From NCBI GenBank assembly GCA_041739995.1, contig JBGSMV010000042.1, positions 1 to 64,000 on the forward strand: a stretch of 64,000 nucleotides of DNA. The letters are read 5' to 3'. A model generated the notes under the pieces. That model was not told where the DNA came from. It searched no databases and saw only the letters and a list, made by a program, of their open reading frames with translations. Position numbers and translations under genes: made by a program. Positions 45,656 through 55,597 of the stretch are shown piece after piece. Position 1 is the first letter of the stretch. Each line of letters starts with the position of its first letter. The stretch is from Bdellovibrionota bacterium. GTDB lineage: Bacteria > Bdellovibrionota_C > UBA2361 > JBGSMV01.

Positions 45656-47578
45656 ATGTCATACTTGGTAATTGCGCGAAAGTTTCGCCCGCAACGTTTC
45701 TGTGAAGTGAGCGGGCAGGAACATGTGACTCGAACATTGTCGAATTCGATTCGACGTGAGCGAGTGGCCCACGCCTACCTGTTTGCAGGGCCTCGCGGCG
45801 TAGGGAAGACTTCCATAGCGCGCATTTTCGCTAAAGCGCTTAACTGCAAAGAACCAATTGGATCGGATGTTCGTCTGGGAGGCCATGAGGGCGAACCTGC
45901 AGGGAGTGCCGCTCAGGCAAGCGCGATTGAGCCATGTTCAAAGTGTGCGAACTGCGTGGAAATTGCGCAGGGCTCGAATATCGCTGTTCGAGAGATCGAT
46001 GGAGCCTCGCACAATAGCGTTGATAATGTCCGGGATTTGATTGATTCGTTTCGCGGGTTGCCGCCTCCTGGGTCACGCTACAAGGTGTACATCATCGATG
46101 AAGTACATATGTTTAGCACGGCAGCGTTCAACGCGCTGCTTAAGAGTCTCGAAGAGCCTCCGCCAAATACGGTATTTATTCTGGCCACCACGGAAGCGCA
46201 TAAGATCCCTGAGACAGTAATCTCTCGTTGCCAACGGCATGATTTTAGAAGCCTTAGTCTCGATGATATCGAGACTCGCTTGCGCGAGATTGCGGGTGAG
46301 GAACGAATGCAGGTGGAGCCTGAGGCATTGCAGATGGTGGCGCGCCTTAGTGATGGCTCCATGCGCGATGCGCAGTCGCTTCTCGAACGAGTCAACTCTT
46401 TTTGTGATGGGGCGATTTCGGCGGCGAATGCGAGTGTAGTTCTTGGTACGGTGGAGCGAGCTATTCTTGCACGACTGTCGCAGGCCGTGCTGGGGCGAGA
46501 GGCTGGCGTTGCTCTTGATCTGATCGCTGAAGTCTTTTCAAAGGGCGTCGATCCTTCACTGTTTTCGAAAGACCTCGCCACTCATTTTCGAGAGCTGTTG
46601 CTGGCGCGTTTCGGCGGTGATGCAGCGCTTCTAAGACTTGGATTAGGCGAAGCCGATCGAGTCGAGCTGCTTCGTCAAGCAGGGAGTGTGAGCGAGCAAG
46701 ATATTCAAGACCTCTCGCAGCTGGCGCGCCAAGGTTGTGATGCGGCCGTGCGTAGTTTGTACCCTAAGTATGCACTTGAAGCCTTAGTGGTGCGTATGGC
46801 GACCAGGGAGCCTACGCTGGTACTAGCCCAAGTTCTCGCGTCGATTCAGCAGGGAAGAGTTCCTTCTGGCGGAGGTGCTGGTGGACGAGGGCCGCAAGAG
46901 AGCGGCGCAGGGCGTTCTGCAGCGGCAAGCGCTTCAGCGCTAACTAATGTTCAAAGTGTGGCGGAGACAGGCGAGGCCTCCAGTAGCTTTCCTAGCGCGT
47001 CTTCGGTCGCTGGAGTAGAACCTGAGCCTCATCTTACGGCGGGAAAAGCGTCTCCGAGCAGCTCTTCGGTGGCGAGTGGAGCAGCCGTGCTTGTGGCGGG
47101 AGAGGCGAAGCCCCTCGACTGGCCAGCTTTTGTTGGTGAAGCGAGTTGCGCTCTTTCTCGCATCCTCGTCGAGCATCTTCGAAGGCTCTCTGTCGACAAA
47201 TTTGTGATTGAATCTCGAAAGACTCGTGATGCTACGGGGGTGGCAACTGAACAGCTTAACGGCGTACTTGAAGCTCGTGGAGCTTCATTCTCTGTTGGCT
47301 CTCTTCTCCAGGCTGAAGCGAAACGAAAGTTGCAAGAGGTATTGCATAAGTTCTCAGGCGTAGCGCACTGGGCTATATCTTTAAAGAGTGTTGCGGCCAA
47401 TGAGATTGCGCCTGCAGGAATGGAGCAAGGAGCCAGCCTGATTGAGAGTGAGCGTGCCGAGCAAAGGCGAAGCCGCGCTGCCAAAGAGAGTGATATATCG
47501 AACCATCCGCGGATAAGGGATTTGCAGAAAATATTTCCCGGAACCGAGATTGAAACGATAACCATGAAAGAGGAGTAA
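45656..47578 (+). CDS. dnaX: DNA polymerase III subunit gamma/tau
   Basis: ARKFRPQ, GPRGVGKT, IDEVHM, LLKSLEEPP, SRC motif. Confidence 0.97.
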   Translation: MSYLVIARKFRPQRFCEVSGQEHVTRTLSNSIRRERVAHAYLFAGPRGVGKTSIARIFAKALNCKEPIGSDVRLGGHEGEPAGSAAQASAIEPCSKCANCVEIAQGSNIAVREIDGASHNSVDNVRDLIDSFRGLPPPGSRYKVYIIDEVHMFSTAAFNALLKSLEEPPPNTVFILATTEAHKIPETVISRCQRHDFRSLSLDDIETRLREIAGEERMQVEPEALQMVARLSDGSMRDAQSLLERVNSFCDGAISAANASVVLGTVERAILARLSQAVLGREAGVALDLIAEVFSKGVDPSLFSKDLATHFRELLLARFGGDAALLRLGLGEADRVELLRQAGSVSEQDIQDLSQLARQGCDAAVRSLYPKYALEALVVRMATREPTLVLAQVLASIQQGRVPSGGGAGGRGPQESGAGRSAAASASALTNVQSVAETGEASSSFPSASSVAGVEPEPHLTAGKASPSSSSVASGAAVLVAGEAKPLDWPAFVGEASCALSRILVEHLRRLSVDKFVIESRKTRDATGVATEQLNGVLEARGASFSVGSLLQAEAKRKLQEVLHKFSGVAHWAISLKSVAANEIAPAGMEQGASLIESERAEQRRSRAAKESDISNHPRIRDLQKIFPGTEIETITMKEE

Positions 47579-47583
47579 GAAAG

Positions 47584-47919
47584 ATGGCGAAGGGTTTTTC
47601 GGGGATGCCCGGTAATATGCAAGGCTTGATGAAACAAGCACAGAAGATGCAGCAGGATCTGCAAAATATTCAAGCAGAAGCGGAGCAGTATGTCGCTGAG
47701 GGATCGGCCGGCGGAGGTGTCGTGCGGGCGTCAGCAAACGGGAAAAACGAAATTGTCTCTTTTACCATTGATCCACAGGTAGTGAATCCATCGGATGTTG
47801 AGATGTTGCAGGACCTTGTCCGCGCTGCGGCGAATGACGCACTTACCAAAGTGCAGGAGAATTTAAAGCAGAAGATGTCTTCAGTCACCGGCGGGGTTGG
47901 CCTTCCTGGGCTCTTTTAG
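47584..47919 (+). CDS. ybaB: YbaB/EbfC nucleoid-associated protein
   Basis: MKQAQKMQ, GSAGGG.V, DVEMLQDLV.AA.NDA; between dnaX and recR. Confidence 0.95.
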   Translation: MAKGFSGMPGNMQGLMKQAQKMQQDLQNIQAEAEQYVAEGSAGGGVVRASANGKNEIVSFTIDPQVVNPSDVEMLQDLVRAAANDALTKVQENLKQKMSSVTGGVGLPGLF

Positions 47920-47940
47920 CTTTTCGAGCGTCGTAGTTCT

Positions 47941-48546
47941 ATGGCGTCATTTCCTCCGGCGATGATGAAGTTGGTGGCAGAGCTTTCAAAGCTGCCATCT
48001 ATCGGTGAGAAGTCAGCAACTCGTTTGGCTTATCATCTTGTTTGTCGGCACCGCGAGCTTTGCCAGTCACTCTCGACGAGTCTGCAAGAAGCCTCGCGAT
48101 TAGTGACTTTGTGCGAGAAATGTTTCTTCCTTAGCCAAGAGCCACTTTGTTCCATCTGTAGAAATTCAAATCGCGATCAGTCGCTCTTATGCGTGGTGGA
48201 AAAGCCGATGGACGTCATTGCCATTGAGCGTGTCGGCGATTTCCGTGGTCTCTATCATGTGTTGCATGGACTTTGGGCTCCTCTCAGGGGACAGGGACCA
48301 GAGACAATGCGTCTTTCAGAGCTTGCAGAGCGATTAAAGGGAAAGACAGTTACTGAGGTGATTATTGCCACCGGGGCGACAGTCGAAGGTGATGCGACAG
48401 CGCTCTATGTGGCCCGGATGATGAAAGAGTTTGGCGTTAAATCCACCAGGCTTGCCCAGGGTATGCCTAAAGGTGGAGAGCTCGAGTATGCTGACGATGT
48501 GACCCTTTCGCGAGCGTTTTCAGGACGCAGTGAGATAGGGGGATAG
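47941..48546 (+). CDS. recR: Recombination mediator RecR
   Basis: LPSIGEKSA.R HhH, C4 zinc finger, YHVLHG, EGDATA, GGELEYAD. Confidence 0.96.
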   Translation: MASFPPAMMKLVAELSKLPSIGEKSATRLAYHLVCRHRELCQSLSTSLQEASRLVTLCEKCFFLSQEPLCSICRNSNRDQSLLCVVEKPMDVIAIERVGDFRGLYHVLHGLWAPLRGQGPETMRLSELAERLKGKTVTEVIIATGATVEGDATALYVARMMKEFGVKSTRLAQGMPKGGELEYADDVTLSRAFSGRSEIGG

Positions 48547-48641
48547 CCGCCCCAAATTCTGCAGTAGCAGGCCATCCAAACGGCGGTATTGACTTGATTT
48601 TCTGGTCAACGTAAGAAATCAAGCTCTAGTAACGCCGAAGT

Positions 48642-48717
48642 TCCCCGGTAGCTCAGTTGGTAGAGCAGGTGGCTGTTAACCACCTTGTCGTAGGTTCGAG
48701 TCCTGCCCGGGGAGCCA
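48642..48717 (+). tRNA. tRNA-Asn (GTT)
   Basis: 76-nt cloverleaf: acceptor TCCCCGG/CCGGGGA, anticodon arm GGTGG-CTGTTAA-CCACC, T-loop GGTTCGAG, encoded CCA. Confidence 0.97.
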
Positions 48718-49131
48718 TTCTGTTTTTTACGCTTGGCGCTCTGGCCCAGGGGCTGTTGCCCCTCTCGCCCTAGTCGGGCGTTCACCCCGCTAGTTAGAAC
48801 TTAGCCACCTGTAACGGTAACCAGCTTTGCGGCAGGACTCGAACCGTCTGCACGACCGACTGGTCGTGCAAACAAGACTGCGAGTCCTTCAGTGCCGTCA
48901 GGCACTGAAGTCCTGCCCGGGGAGCCATTCTGGTGTTTACGCTTGGCGCTCTGGCCCAGGGGCTGTTGCCCCACTCGCCCAAGTCGGGCGTTCACCCCAC
49001 AAGTTAGGACTTCGCCACCTGTAACGGTAACCCGCTTTGCGGCAGGACTCGAACCGTCTGCACGACCGACTGGTCGTGCAAACAAGACTGCGAGTCCTTC
49101 AGTGCCGCCAGGCACTGAAGGACTGCCCGGG
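48701..49131 (+). repeat. tRNA-linked 210-bp tandem repeat (2 copies plus fragment)
   Basis: 48701-48910 and 48911-49120 differ at 10 of 210 positions; each starts with the tRNA 3' end TCCTGCCCGGGGAGCCA. Confidence 0.95.
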
Positions 49132-49160
49132 CGTCAAACGCTTCAATGTGAATAGAAATG

Positions 49161-51386
49161 CTATTGGATTAGCATCGGCCGCCGAACGGTCGCAGGGTCT
49201 GGAGATATTAAACGCTGCGGTAGAGGGACTCCGTTATCAACCGTTCCGCAGTCAAGACGAGCACGCACTCCTCCGCAGCCATACTGTGGTTCAATTGCTG
49301 AAGGTGGCCTGATGCAGCGTGGGTCTCCAAAGGGAAATTCGCAATTCGGATTGTAGAGAGACATGCAGGCCTTTCCTTCGCGGATTACCTCAGGTCTTGG
49401 GGGATACCCATCTAGATTCAAGCCAGTGCCGATGAGAAGCAAGCAGGTGTTGTAGTCCGGTTGAGGTGGGCGCTGGGCGCAATTCTGAATAGCTGCAAAG
49501 GCAGGCATGTCAAAGCAGTCTTTCATCGCATCCCAGTGGCCTCCGCTTGGAGGGGTCGGTGGGTTCGGTTCACCAGAGCAGTTGATAGGGCAATCAGGAG
49601 GAGGATTCGGAAAGGAACAACGAAGCGCTCGCTGCCTGCACTCTCTCCAGTTCCTATGTTCCACCACAAACTCACCAGTCGCCTCGAGAAATGGCGTATA
49701 TATACCGCGCATGATTACCCCTTCCGGGTTGGGGCTCGCTGGATTCTCGCAGGTGCCACCCTCGCTGCCGCAGGAGTTAGAGTTGGCATAGCGTTCAAAT
49801 CTGAAGTCAAAAAGGTTCGCTCGAACGAAGCCAACCACTCGTGGTCGGGTAGAAGCAAAGGGTGGAAAGGAGCTTTGATCGGCGCCCTGAAATACTGAGG
49901 CGTAGTCACAGTACATTTCATTTTCAACGCCGTTCGAGCCCCGGGCGGTCGGTGAAATGACCATAATATTTACTGGGAGCGCTTTTCGTTGTGCGGGAGG
50001 GACGTTTCCATAGCCACGATGGGTGCACATCGGATTAGTAAAGGCGGGAAGCCCAGGCGCCGCAGGGGGAAATTCCTTCATTCGAAGTCTAATGTTTGAA
50101 TTTACGTCTATGAAGTAGTTGCGTGCTGCGCTCTCTGGACGAAGGCGTGGAAAATTATCGATCGCATCTTCCCCTGATTCAATACTCATCACCTGTTGCA
50201 GCGGAGAGCCTCTTGAGATTAGTTTTTCGAATGCTTCAGTTGCTTTTGCCGCGTTCTCTTGAGAACTCAAGAATCCTCCTGCGAAGATCGAGTTCTCCAG
50301 CGGAATAAAATATTCTCCTAGCTTTGCGCGCACACCGCCGTTGTTGGCGATTTCGCCAAGCAGGCGGGCAAATTCGTTTCCTGCGATTGGATCATCTCTA
50401 GTGATTCCGTTAGAGGGCGGACGAAGTGATTCTGGCATACCCAACACACCAGAGAGTGGAAGTGCTCGGCGCGTTTTTCGATGATCGTAGGATGCTGCAC
50501 GGACAATGCCCTCAGCTCTTTCATCGAACGGGGCCCAGACCTCCCCGGCAGGGCGAGGCCCAAGCGGGTCGGCTTCTGTAAAGGTGAGCTCTCGTATGCA
50601 CTGCTTTCCTGGCACAAAATCCGCTGTATCAAATTGGTAATCCCCGGTGCCCAAGTCGCCGCTGGTCTCAAGCAGAAGGGCGCAAGCAGGAATTGCCAGC
50701 GGCACGACTGGGGCGCTTACGCTGGCGTCTGATACCGCTACGGCGGTTCTAGACATTGAGCCGAAAGTGGAGAGGCCCACAAAGTTTCCAAAGAATGCTC
50801 GTACGCCAGTGAGCTCAGCGGTCACTCGAACTGCATTGGCAATTAAGTGCACGGGGACATCGTAGCGCACCGGAATTGAACTATGAGGTACCCCACGATA
50901 CACGACCGGTCTGTTCACAGTGGCGAGATACTGTCCGGTGTCTCCTCCGACACCCTCTAAAGAATTGAACTCCAGGCTTTCTCCGTCGGCCCAATATGCG
51001 CCTCGTTCTACGATGAATCGAATGGGGCCAAGCACCGCTTGGTTGGTGAGGTAGGGGTTCGGCTCGATTCCTCCCAGCGCAGCTTCAAATGGATCTTGCA
51101 GACCTTCGGAGGAAAATTCTAGTTCTCCGAGATCTGCCACGCCGAGCCCACTTAACTGCTGGCGTTTCAGCGCCTCGATGGTGAAGCGCTTTGATTGACC
51201 AAAACTCTCGACATCACCACCGAGTACTCGAGCACCGGCTAGAGCGGCGGCATCAGCGACACTTTGCGCCTGTCGCAGCATCGCGTGTACTCGCAAAATA
51301 TCAATCGTAAGTGCAGCAAGTGCACCGAAAACGGCGAGAAATCCCACCATCCAGACAATTGCAATACCAATTTCAGCTCTTCTCAT
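49161..51386 (-). CDS. TadG-like pilus tip protein with Cys/Pro-rich C-terminus
   Basis: G.AIV...L..F.AL.ID...AQSVADAAALAGA Tad N-terminal signature; start moved to ATG 51386. Confidence 0.75.
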   Translation of the reverse strand: MRRAEIGIAIVWMVGFLAVFGALAALTIDILRVHAMLRQAQSVADAAALAGARVLGGDVESFGQSKRFTIEALKRQQLSGLGVADLGELEFSSEGLQDPFEAALGGIEPNPYLTNQAVLGPIRFIVERGAYWADGESLEFNSLEGVGGDTGQYLATVNRPVVYRGVPHSSIPVRYDVPVHLIANAVRVTAELTGVRAFFGNFVGLSTFGSMSRTAVAVSDASVSAPVVPLAIPACALLLETSGDLGTGDYQFDTADFVPGKQCIRELTFTEADPLGPRPAGEVWAPFDERAEGIVRAASYDHRKTRRALPLSGVLGMPESLRPPSNGITRDDPIAGNEFARLLGEIANNGGVRAKLGEYFIPLENSIFAGGFLSSQENAAKATEAFEKLISRGSPLQQVMSIESGEDAIDNFPRLRPESAARNYFIDVNSNIRLRMKEFPPAAPGLPAFTNPMCTHRGYGNVPPAQRKALPVNIMVISPTARGSNGVENEMYCDYASVFQGADQSSFPPFASTRPRVVGFVRANLFDFRFERYANSNSCGSEGGTCENPASPNPEGVIMRGIYTPFLEATGEFVVEHRNWRECRQRALRCSFPNPPPDCPINCSGEPNPPTPPSGGHWDAMKDCFDMPAFAAIQNCAQRPPQPDYNTCLLLIGTGLNLDGYPPRPEVIREGKACMSLYNPNCEFPFGDPRCIRPPSAIEPQYGCGGVRARLDCGTVDNGVPLPQRLISPDPATVRRPMLIQ

Positions 51387-51387
51387 T

Positions 51388-51912
51388 TTAACAACCCAAT
51401 GGATATCCACATAAAGCACTAGTGTCTTCGATTGGGGCTTTGGTCGACAGATTCAGTTCGAGGCCACCTACGAACAAGCAAAAAATACACGGAAACTGCA
51501 CGCGAACCTCAGTAGCGAGCAGCGGATGAGAATGGTTCTCCAAAGGAGGAGAGAAGGATGTTCTATCGCACTCGAAGCCAGAGTCCAGAATTCTTATATT
51601 CTGTAAATTGGACGAGCTCCCTGTAACTCTTCTTACCTCACCTCTTATCTGGTGTGCGAGGCTGTATAGTTCATCTGAGTCCTCGCGGCGCTCTTCTGGT
51701 AGAAGAGCCGAACACGGCGCAGATGCAGCTCTCCGGGTCATGCGCGCTATTCCTTCGGAGAGTTCTCCGTAGCGTTGTAAACCAAAGGCAACGTCAATAA
51801 GGAATCCAGAAAGGAATAGCAGCACCACGCTCGAGAGCATGGATTCTACCAAAGTTGCACCACGCTCCCTGCCCATATTCGTATGCCTGTGTGAGGTTGT
51901 TCTCGCTAACAT
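51388..51912 (-). CDS. TadE-like pseudopilin
   Basis: ERGATLVE prepilin site followed by a hydrophobic helix; GGAGG RBS before ATG 51912. Confidence 0.75.
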   Translation of the reverse strand: MLARTTSHRHTNMGRERGATLVESMLSSVVLLFLSGFLIDVAFGLQRYGELSEGIARMTRRAASAPCSALLPEERREDSDELYSLAHQIRGEVRRVTGSSSNLQNIRILDSGFECDRTSFSPPLENHSHPLLATEVRVQFPCIFCLFVGGLELNLSTKAPIEDTSALCGYPLGC

Positions 51913-52562
51913 GCTCCCTCCACGGCAAACAGCGATCGACCGTTTGAGACTGCGGCTTTGAGGTAGTCTCCGAAGCAAAGTAGGCAGGTTCTCGCATCAA
52001 AAGAGCGACGAATATCGACTTGAATAGAGGGAAAGAGGCGGTCGGACCCCTGAGCATCGCCGGGCACCTGAACATCACATACGCGTGCACTAACCTTCCA
52101 GTCGTCAAGATCCATGTCTGCTGAAGCGAGGCTAGCCGTGGCTTCCTTGAACGATAGGCAAGTTAAGGAATCTTGTTCATTCTCACATCCACCATTCGAT
52201 TTCTCTCCGATTTCCCATGGAGAGGAACAAAGCGGCGTGGCCTTTTGTGGGGGACATCGGTAGGGCGTACGTGGATCGCCAGGCGGATAGAAGTCATCTT
52301 CAAAGGATATAATTGCAGCGGTTCGGGCAGCATTTCGGGATATGTCGCTGGCCTTTTCTGTTTGATGTAGCGCGATGCCGAAGTCTACGAGGGCGCCGAT
52401 AAGAAAGAGCGCCAAGGGAAGAACGACCACGAGCTCAACAATCCCTGCCCCTGACTCAGAAGGGAAACGAGATGAAACTCTCGCTCGATTGACATTTGTA
52501 TGTGCGGACAGCCCAAACTGCCGGCACAAAGCCAAGAAACCCATACACTTAACCCGGTACAC
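51906..52562 (-). CDS. TadE-like pseudopilin
   Basis: ESGAGIVELVVVLPL..FLIGALVDFG...RNAARTA; Cys-rich body; start uncertain. Confidence 0.8.
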   Translation of the reverse strand: MYRVKCMGFLALCRQFGLSAHTNVNRARVSSRFPSESGAGIVELVVVLPLALFLIGALVDFGIALHQTEKASDISRNAARTAAIISFEDDFYPPGDPRTPYRCPPQKATPLCSSPWEIGEKSNGGCENEQDSLTCLSFKEATASLASADMDLDDWKVSARVCDVQVPGDAQGSDRLFPSIQVDIRRSFDARTCLLCFGDYLKAAVSNGRSLFAVEGAC

Positions 52563-52787
52563 CCTAACCCGCGAGCGCTAAGCACTCACAAGACAACCAC
52601 TACAAACAGTTATCACGCTTATTGAAGTCCAGGTGACGTGGGAAATGAGGCTGGGGTGTCTCGGAGGCTGGCGGCGCTCAAAAAACTGCATAAAAACAGA
52701 GTCTTAACGATCTTGATGTGCATTCTAGGTGCAAGCTCGACATTCTCGCCAAAGTGGGAGCTGCGAGATTCATTTTCAGGGGAAAAT

Positions 52788-54059
52788 TTAGGGCGACACT
52801 TCGAGCGCTACGAGGACTTCGCGACCCTCGGTCGACACCAATACTCTCGATCCAGTGCTTGTGCCAATGTTTATGGTAGAGAGCCACGAGCGCGCGCTGC
52901 TATCGATGCTGCCTTGAGCGCGCGCGTTGTTTAACTTCTTAATTCCAGCAAGAAACTGAGATACGTCTTGTTCGGTAGCCCATAAAGTGCGCCACACTAT
53001 CACCTGAGTCTTTCGCCCTTCGAATGAGTACCAGGCGACACGATCTGCTCTCCATCCTTTCGCTGCCAATATTGCTTGTTCGTGAGATAAAAAAGATCCG
53101 AGCGCGACGCGAATGGCATACTGACCCAGACTGTCTACGTGAGAAAGCTTCGCGCTCCCGAACATTGATGGCAAGCGGGGGGGATCGAGAGCTGGTGACC
53201 TTTCTGCGGAAGAAGCGTCTCTGTGAATAATTTCTCTAGTAGTGTGAGGAGGGTTAAGGAAGGCTCGGTCGAGCGCGGTTTGTCCACCAGCTTCTCTTAA
53301 TCGTGCTACCCAGATTTTCCCGAATGTATAGGGGAAGAAGTTAATGCTATCGAGGGCAGCAGAACTGGCGCAGATATCCTTAACTTTTTGAGATTCACTT
53401 TTCGGTGGAGCACCTTGAGCCGGATCTCTAAAAAGGGAACGAACCCACAATGCGTCTCCTTCTATAAGGGCAGCGACGGCAAGTGAGGAATCAAGCGAGG
53501 TGGCGTTTCTTCGAACAAGTGATTTCAGGTCAAAGTGCTGGTCGAGGAGCGCATGCATGACCTCGTGTGCGATAATGCTGTCAGGTGGAGATGTTTCTTC
53601 TCGGAGCATAATGCGCTTGTTCTGAGCATCATAGAACGCTTCAATTCCTTGTGCGTCAGCGTTCGTTACGCACCTTTCGTACGGGTAGTTCTCGGGGATT
53701 ATTGCGAGTCCACGGAAAAGAGCTCTTTCGAATGGAAGGCTATCTGACGAGCCAAGACTTAGGATGTGTTTGCGATACAGCTCAGAGAATTCGTGAGTGT
53801 TGGCGGCGACACAGTCGAGGGGCTGCAAGGCCTTTAATCCACGAAGTGCTTCAACCTTCGAAAGAATAGATGAGGCCCGGCTGCAAGGGGCAGGAATCGC
53901 TGCAGGTTGAGCCGACGCAGATTGAGCTAAGTAGCTCCAAGAAAGGACGAGCTGAATAAGAGCGAAGGCTAGCGTGGGGGGTAGTACCAGAGGTGAGGGA
54001 GTCGCTTTGGTGACCAGAGGCAGCGCTTGTTTGCAATTCTTCATAGTGTCTTCTTGCAT
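52788..54059 (-). CDS. Secreted putative zinc metallopeptidase (HExxH)
   Basis: Signal peptide; AFYD, IIAHEVMHALLDQHFDL, downstream ALIEGDA, FPY..G, GW..D. Confidence 0.7.
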   Translation of the reverse strand: MQEDTMKNCKQALPLVTKATPSPLVLPPTLAFALIQLVLSWSYLAQSASAQPAAIPAPCSRASSILSKVEALRGLKALQPLDCVAANTHEFSELYRKHILSLGSSDSLPFERALFRGLAIIPENYPYERCVTNADAQGIEAFYDAQNKRIMLREETSPPDSIIAHEVMHALLDQHFDLKSLVRRNATSLDSSLAVAALIEGDALWVRSLFRDPAQGAPPKSESQKVKDICASSAALDSINFFPYTFGKIWVARLREAGGQTALDRAFLNPPHTTREIIHRDASSAERSPALDPPRLPSMFGSAKLSHVDSLGQYAIRVALGSFLSHEQAILAAKGWRADRVAWYSFEGRKTQVIVWRTLWATEQDVSQFLAGIKKLNNARAQGSIDSSARSWLSTINIGTSTGSRVLVSTEGREVLVALEVSP

Positions 54060-54385
54060 CGTTTGGGTGCGCGGTCACCACTTCCTGAAGGAAAGGTGCC
54101 GGGTTTTCTCTGAATACGTGCTTGCCAATCGATATAGCGGGAGTGTGCGCCTTTTTGGATAGGTTGCGGGGAGCGGCCGGCGGTATCGGGGTCTCTCGTG
54201 AACGTGAGGAAAGCCCTTGTTTCGAAACGGTTATCTATCGCTCACGGGCAAAATCTTGATTGACTATTGGAGGAGGTGTTACAGAAAAAGTAGGAGCTAA
54301 CGGTCTGGTAAAACGGAGGTGAATTGCCGCACACTTTGTCTCGTCCATCCTTACCCTTGCGCTAGCAACACGTATTATTTTTATT

Positions 54386-55462
54386 ATGACAAATAGAATC
54401 CGAAATATTTTCTTTTCCGCATTAACGCTTTCATTAATTCTTCCCGTTTGCTGTTTTGCCGAGTCGTTTCAAAGGAAATTCCGTCTAGGCTTCATAGCTC
54501 CGCTGTCTGGTCCCGCGCAGGTGTATGGCGACGCAGCGAAAAACGGCTTTGAGTTGGCACTGTCTGAGCTTGGGCGGGCCGAGCCTGGACGGGACTGGAT
54601 CGAGGTAATTTACGAAGATGATGAATTTAAGCCCGCAAAAAGCGTCGCCGCATTTCATAAGCTAATCTCGACGGACAAAGTCGATGCCATTGTTTGCGTC
54701 GCTTCTACACCATGCAATGCAGTCGCGCCGCTAGCGCAACAGCGCGGCGTCCCGTTGGTCGCATGGGCAAGTGACACTAAAGTTTCAAGGAACCGCCCAT
54801 TTGTTATTCGCTCTTACCCTAGCGGTGCTGATGAAGGCAGGGAAGTTGCAGAGGAAGCGATTAGGAGAAAGGCCGACAACGTCGCCGTAACTATCTCTAC
54901 CAACGACTACAGTGAGTCGTGGCGACAAGGATTCATAGAGTGGTTTCCCGAAAACAAAATCTTGATGAATGAGGAGGTGCCTAACGATTCGAAGGACTTC
55001 CGCGCTATAATACTTCGCGCAGCAGCTCGAAAGGTATCACAGTTCGCTATTTGTTTGGACCCCGGACAAAGCGCTGCGTTTGCGAGACAAGCCGCCCAAG
55101 TGGTGCTCAATATGAAAATATTCGGATGCGAAAGTCTTCACGCTACCTCAGAAATTGACGCTGCGGGTGGCGCACTTGATAGTGCATGGTTTGCGACGAT
55201 TTCTGTGACCGATGAGTTTCATCGCAAGTATGTTGAGCGGTTCGGGAACGACAGTGTGATTTCCGCAGGTGCAAATCATTACGATCTCGCATATTTGTTA
55301 CATAGTGCTTCGACTAGCGCCGGAACTGAGGATTTCATCTCGCGCTTGCTCACTGGCGCAGAGCACCAGGGGGCTGTGGGAAAGTTTCGCGTGGTTGAAT
55401 CTGCTGGCGATCAGTATTTTGATGTTGAACTTCAGATAAAGGCGGCAAGGGTGGTTCGATAA
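54386..55462 (+). CDS. Periplasmic substrate-binding protein, branched-chain amino acid (LivJ-like) family; no transporter genes adjacent
   Basis: Signal peptide; LGFIAPLSGPA..YG...KNGFELA, IYEDD...P..SV.AF.KLI..DKVDAI. Confidence 0.85.
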   Translation: MTNRIRNIFFSALTLSLILPVCCFAESFQRKFRLGFIAPLSGPAQVYGDAAKNGFELALSELGRAEPGRDWIEVIYEDDEFKPAKSVAAFHKLISTDKVDAIVCVASTPCNAVAPLAQQRGVPLVAWASDTKVSRNRPFVIRSYPSGADEGREVAEEAIRRKADNVAVTISTNDYSESWRQGFIEWFPENKILMNEEVPNDSKDFRAIILRAAARKVSQFAICLDPGQSAAFARQAAQVVLNMKIFGCESLHATSEIDAAGGALDSAWFATISVTDEFHRKYVERFGNDSVISAGANHYDLAYLLHSASTSAGTEDFISRLLTGAEHQGAVGKFRVVESAGDQYFDVELQIKAARVVR

Positions 55463-55597
55463 AATCTAACTCCATGAGAAAGCTCGCGTTCCTGCCTGCC
55501 CGATTGCCTCTTGTTCGTATCCCTGTGTCCGTCCGACAATAATCATCCAGGGGATACTTTTTGATGTGCGCTAAGCTTTTTGGTAGGTGGGTGTTCA

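Noticed and set aside
48794..49312. Short ORFs over the tRNA-linked repeats
   Set aside because: They are translations of the repeated, hairpin-rich non-coding unit in several frames with no protein-like features.
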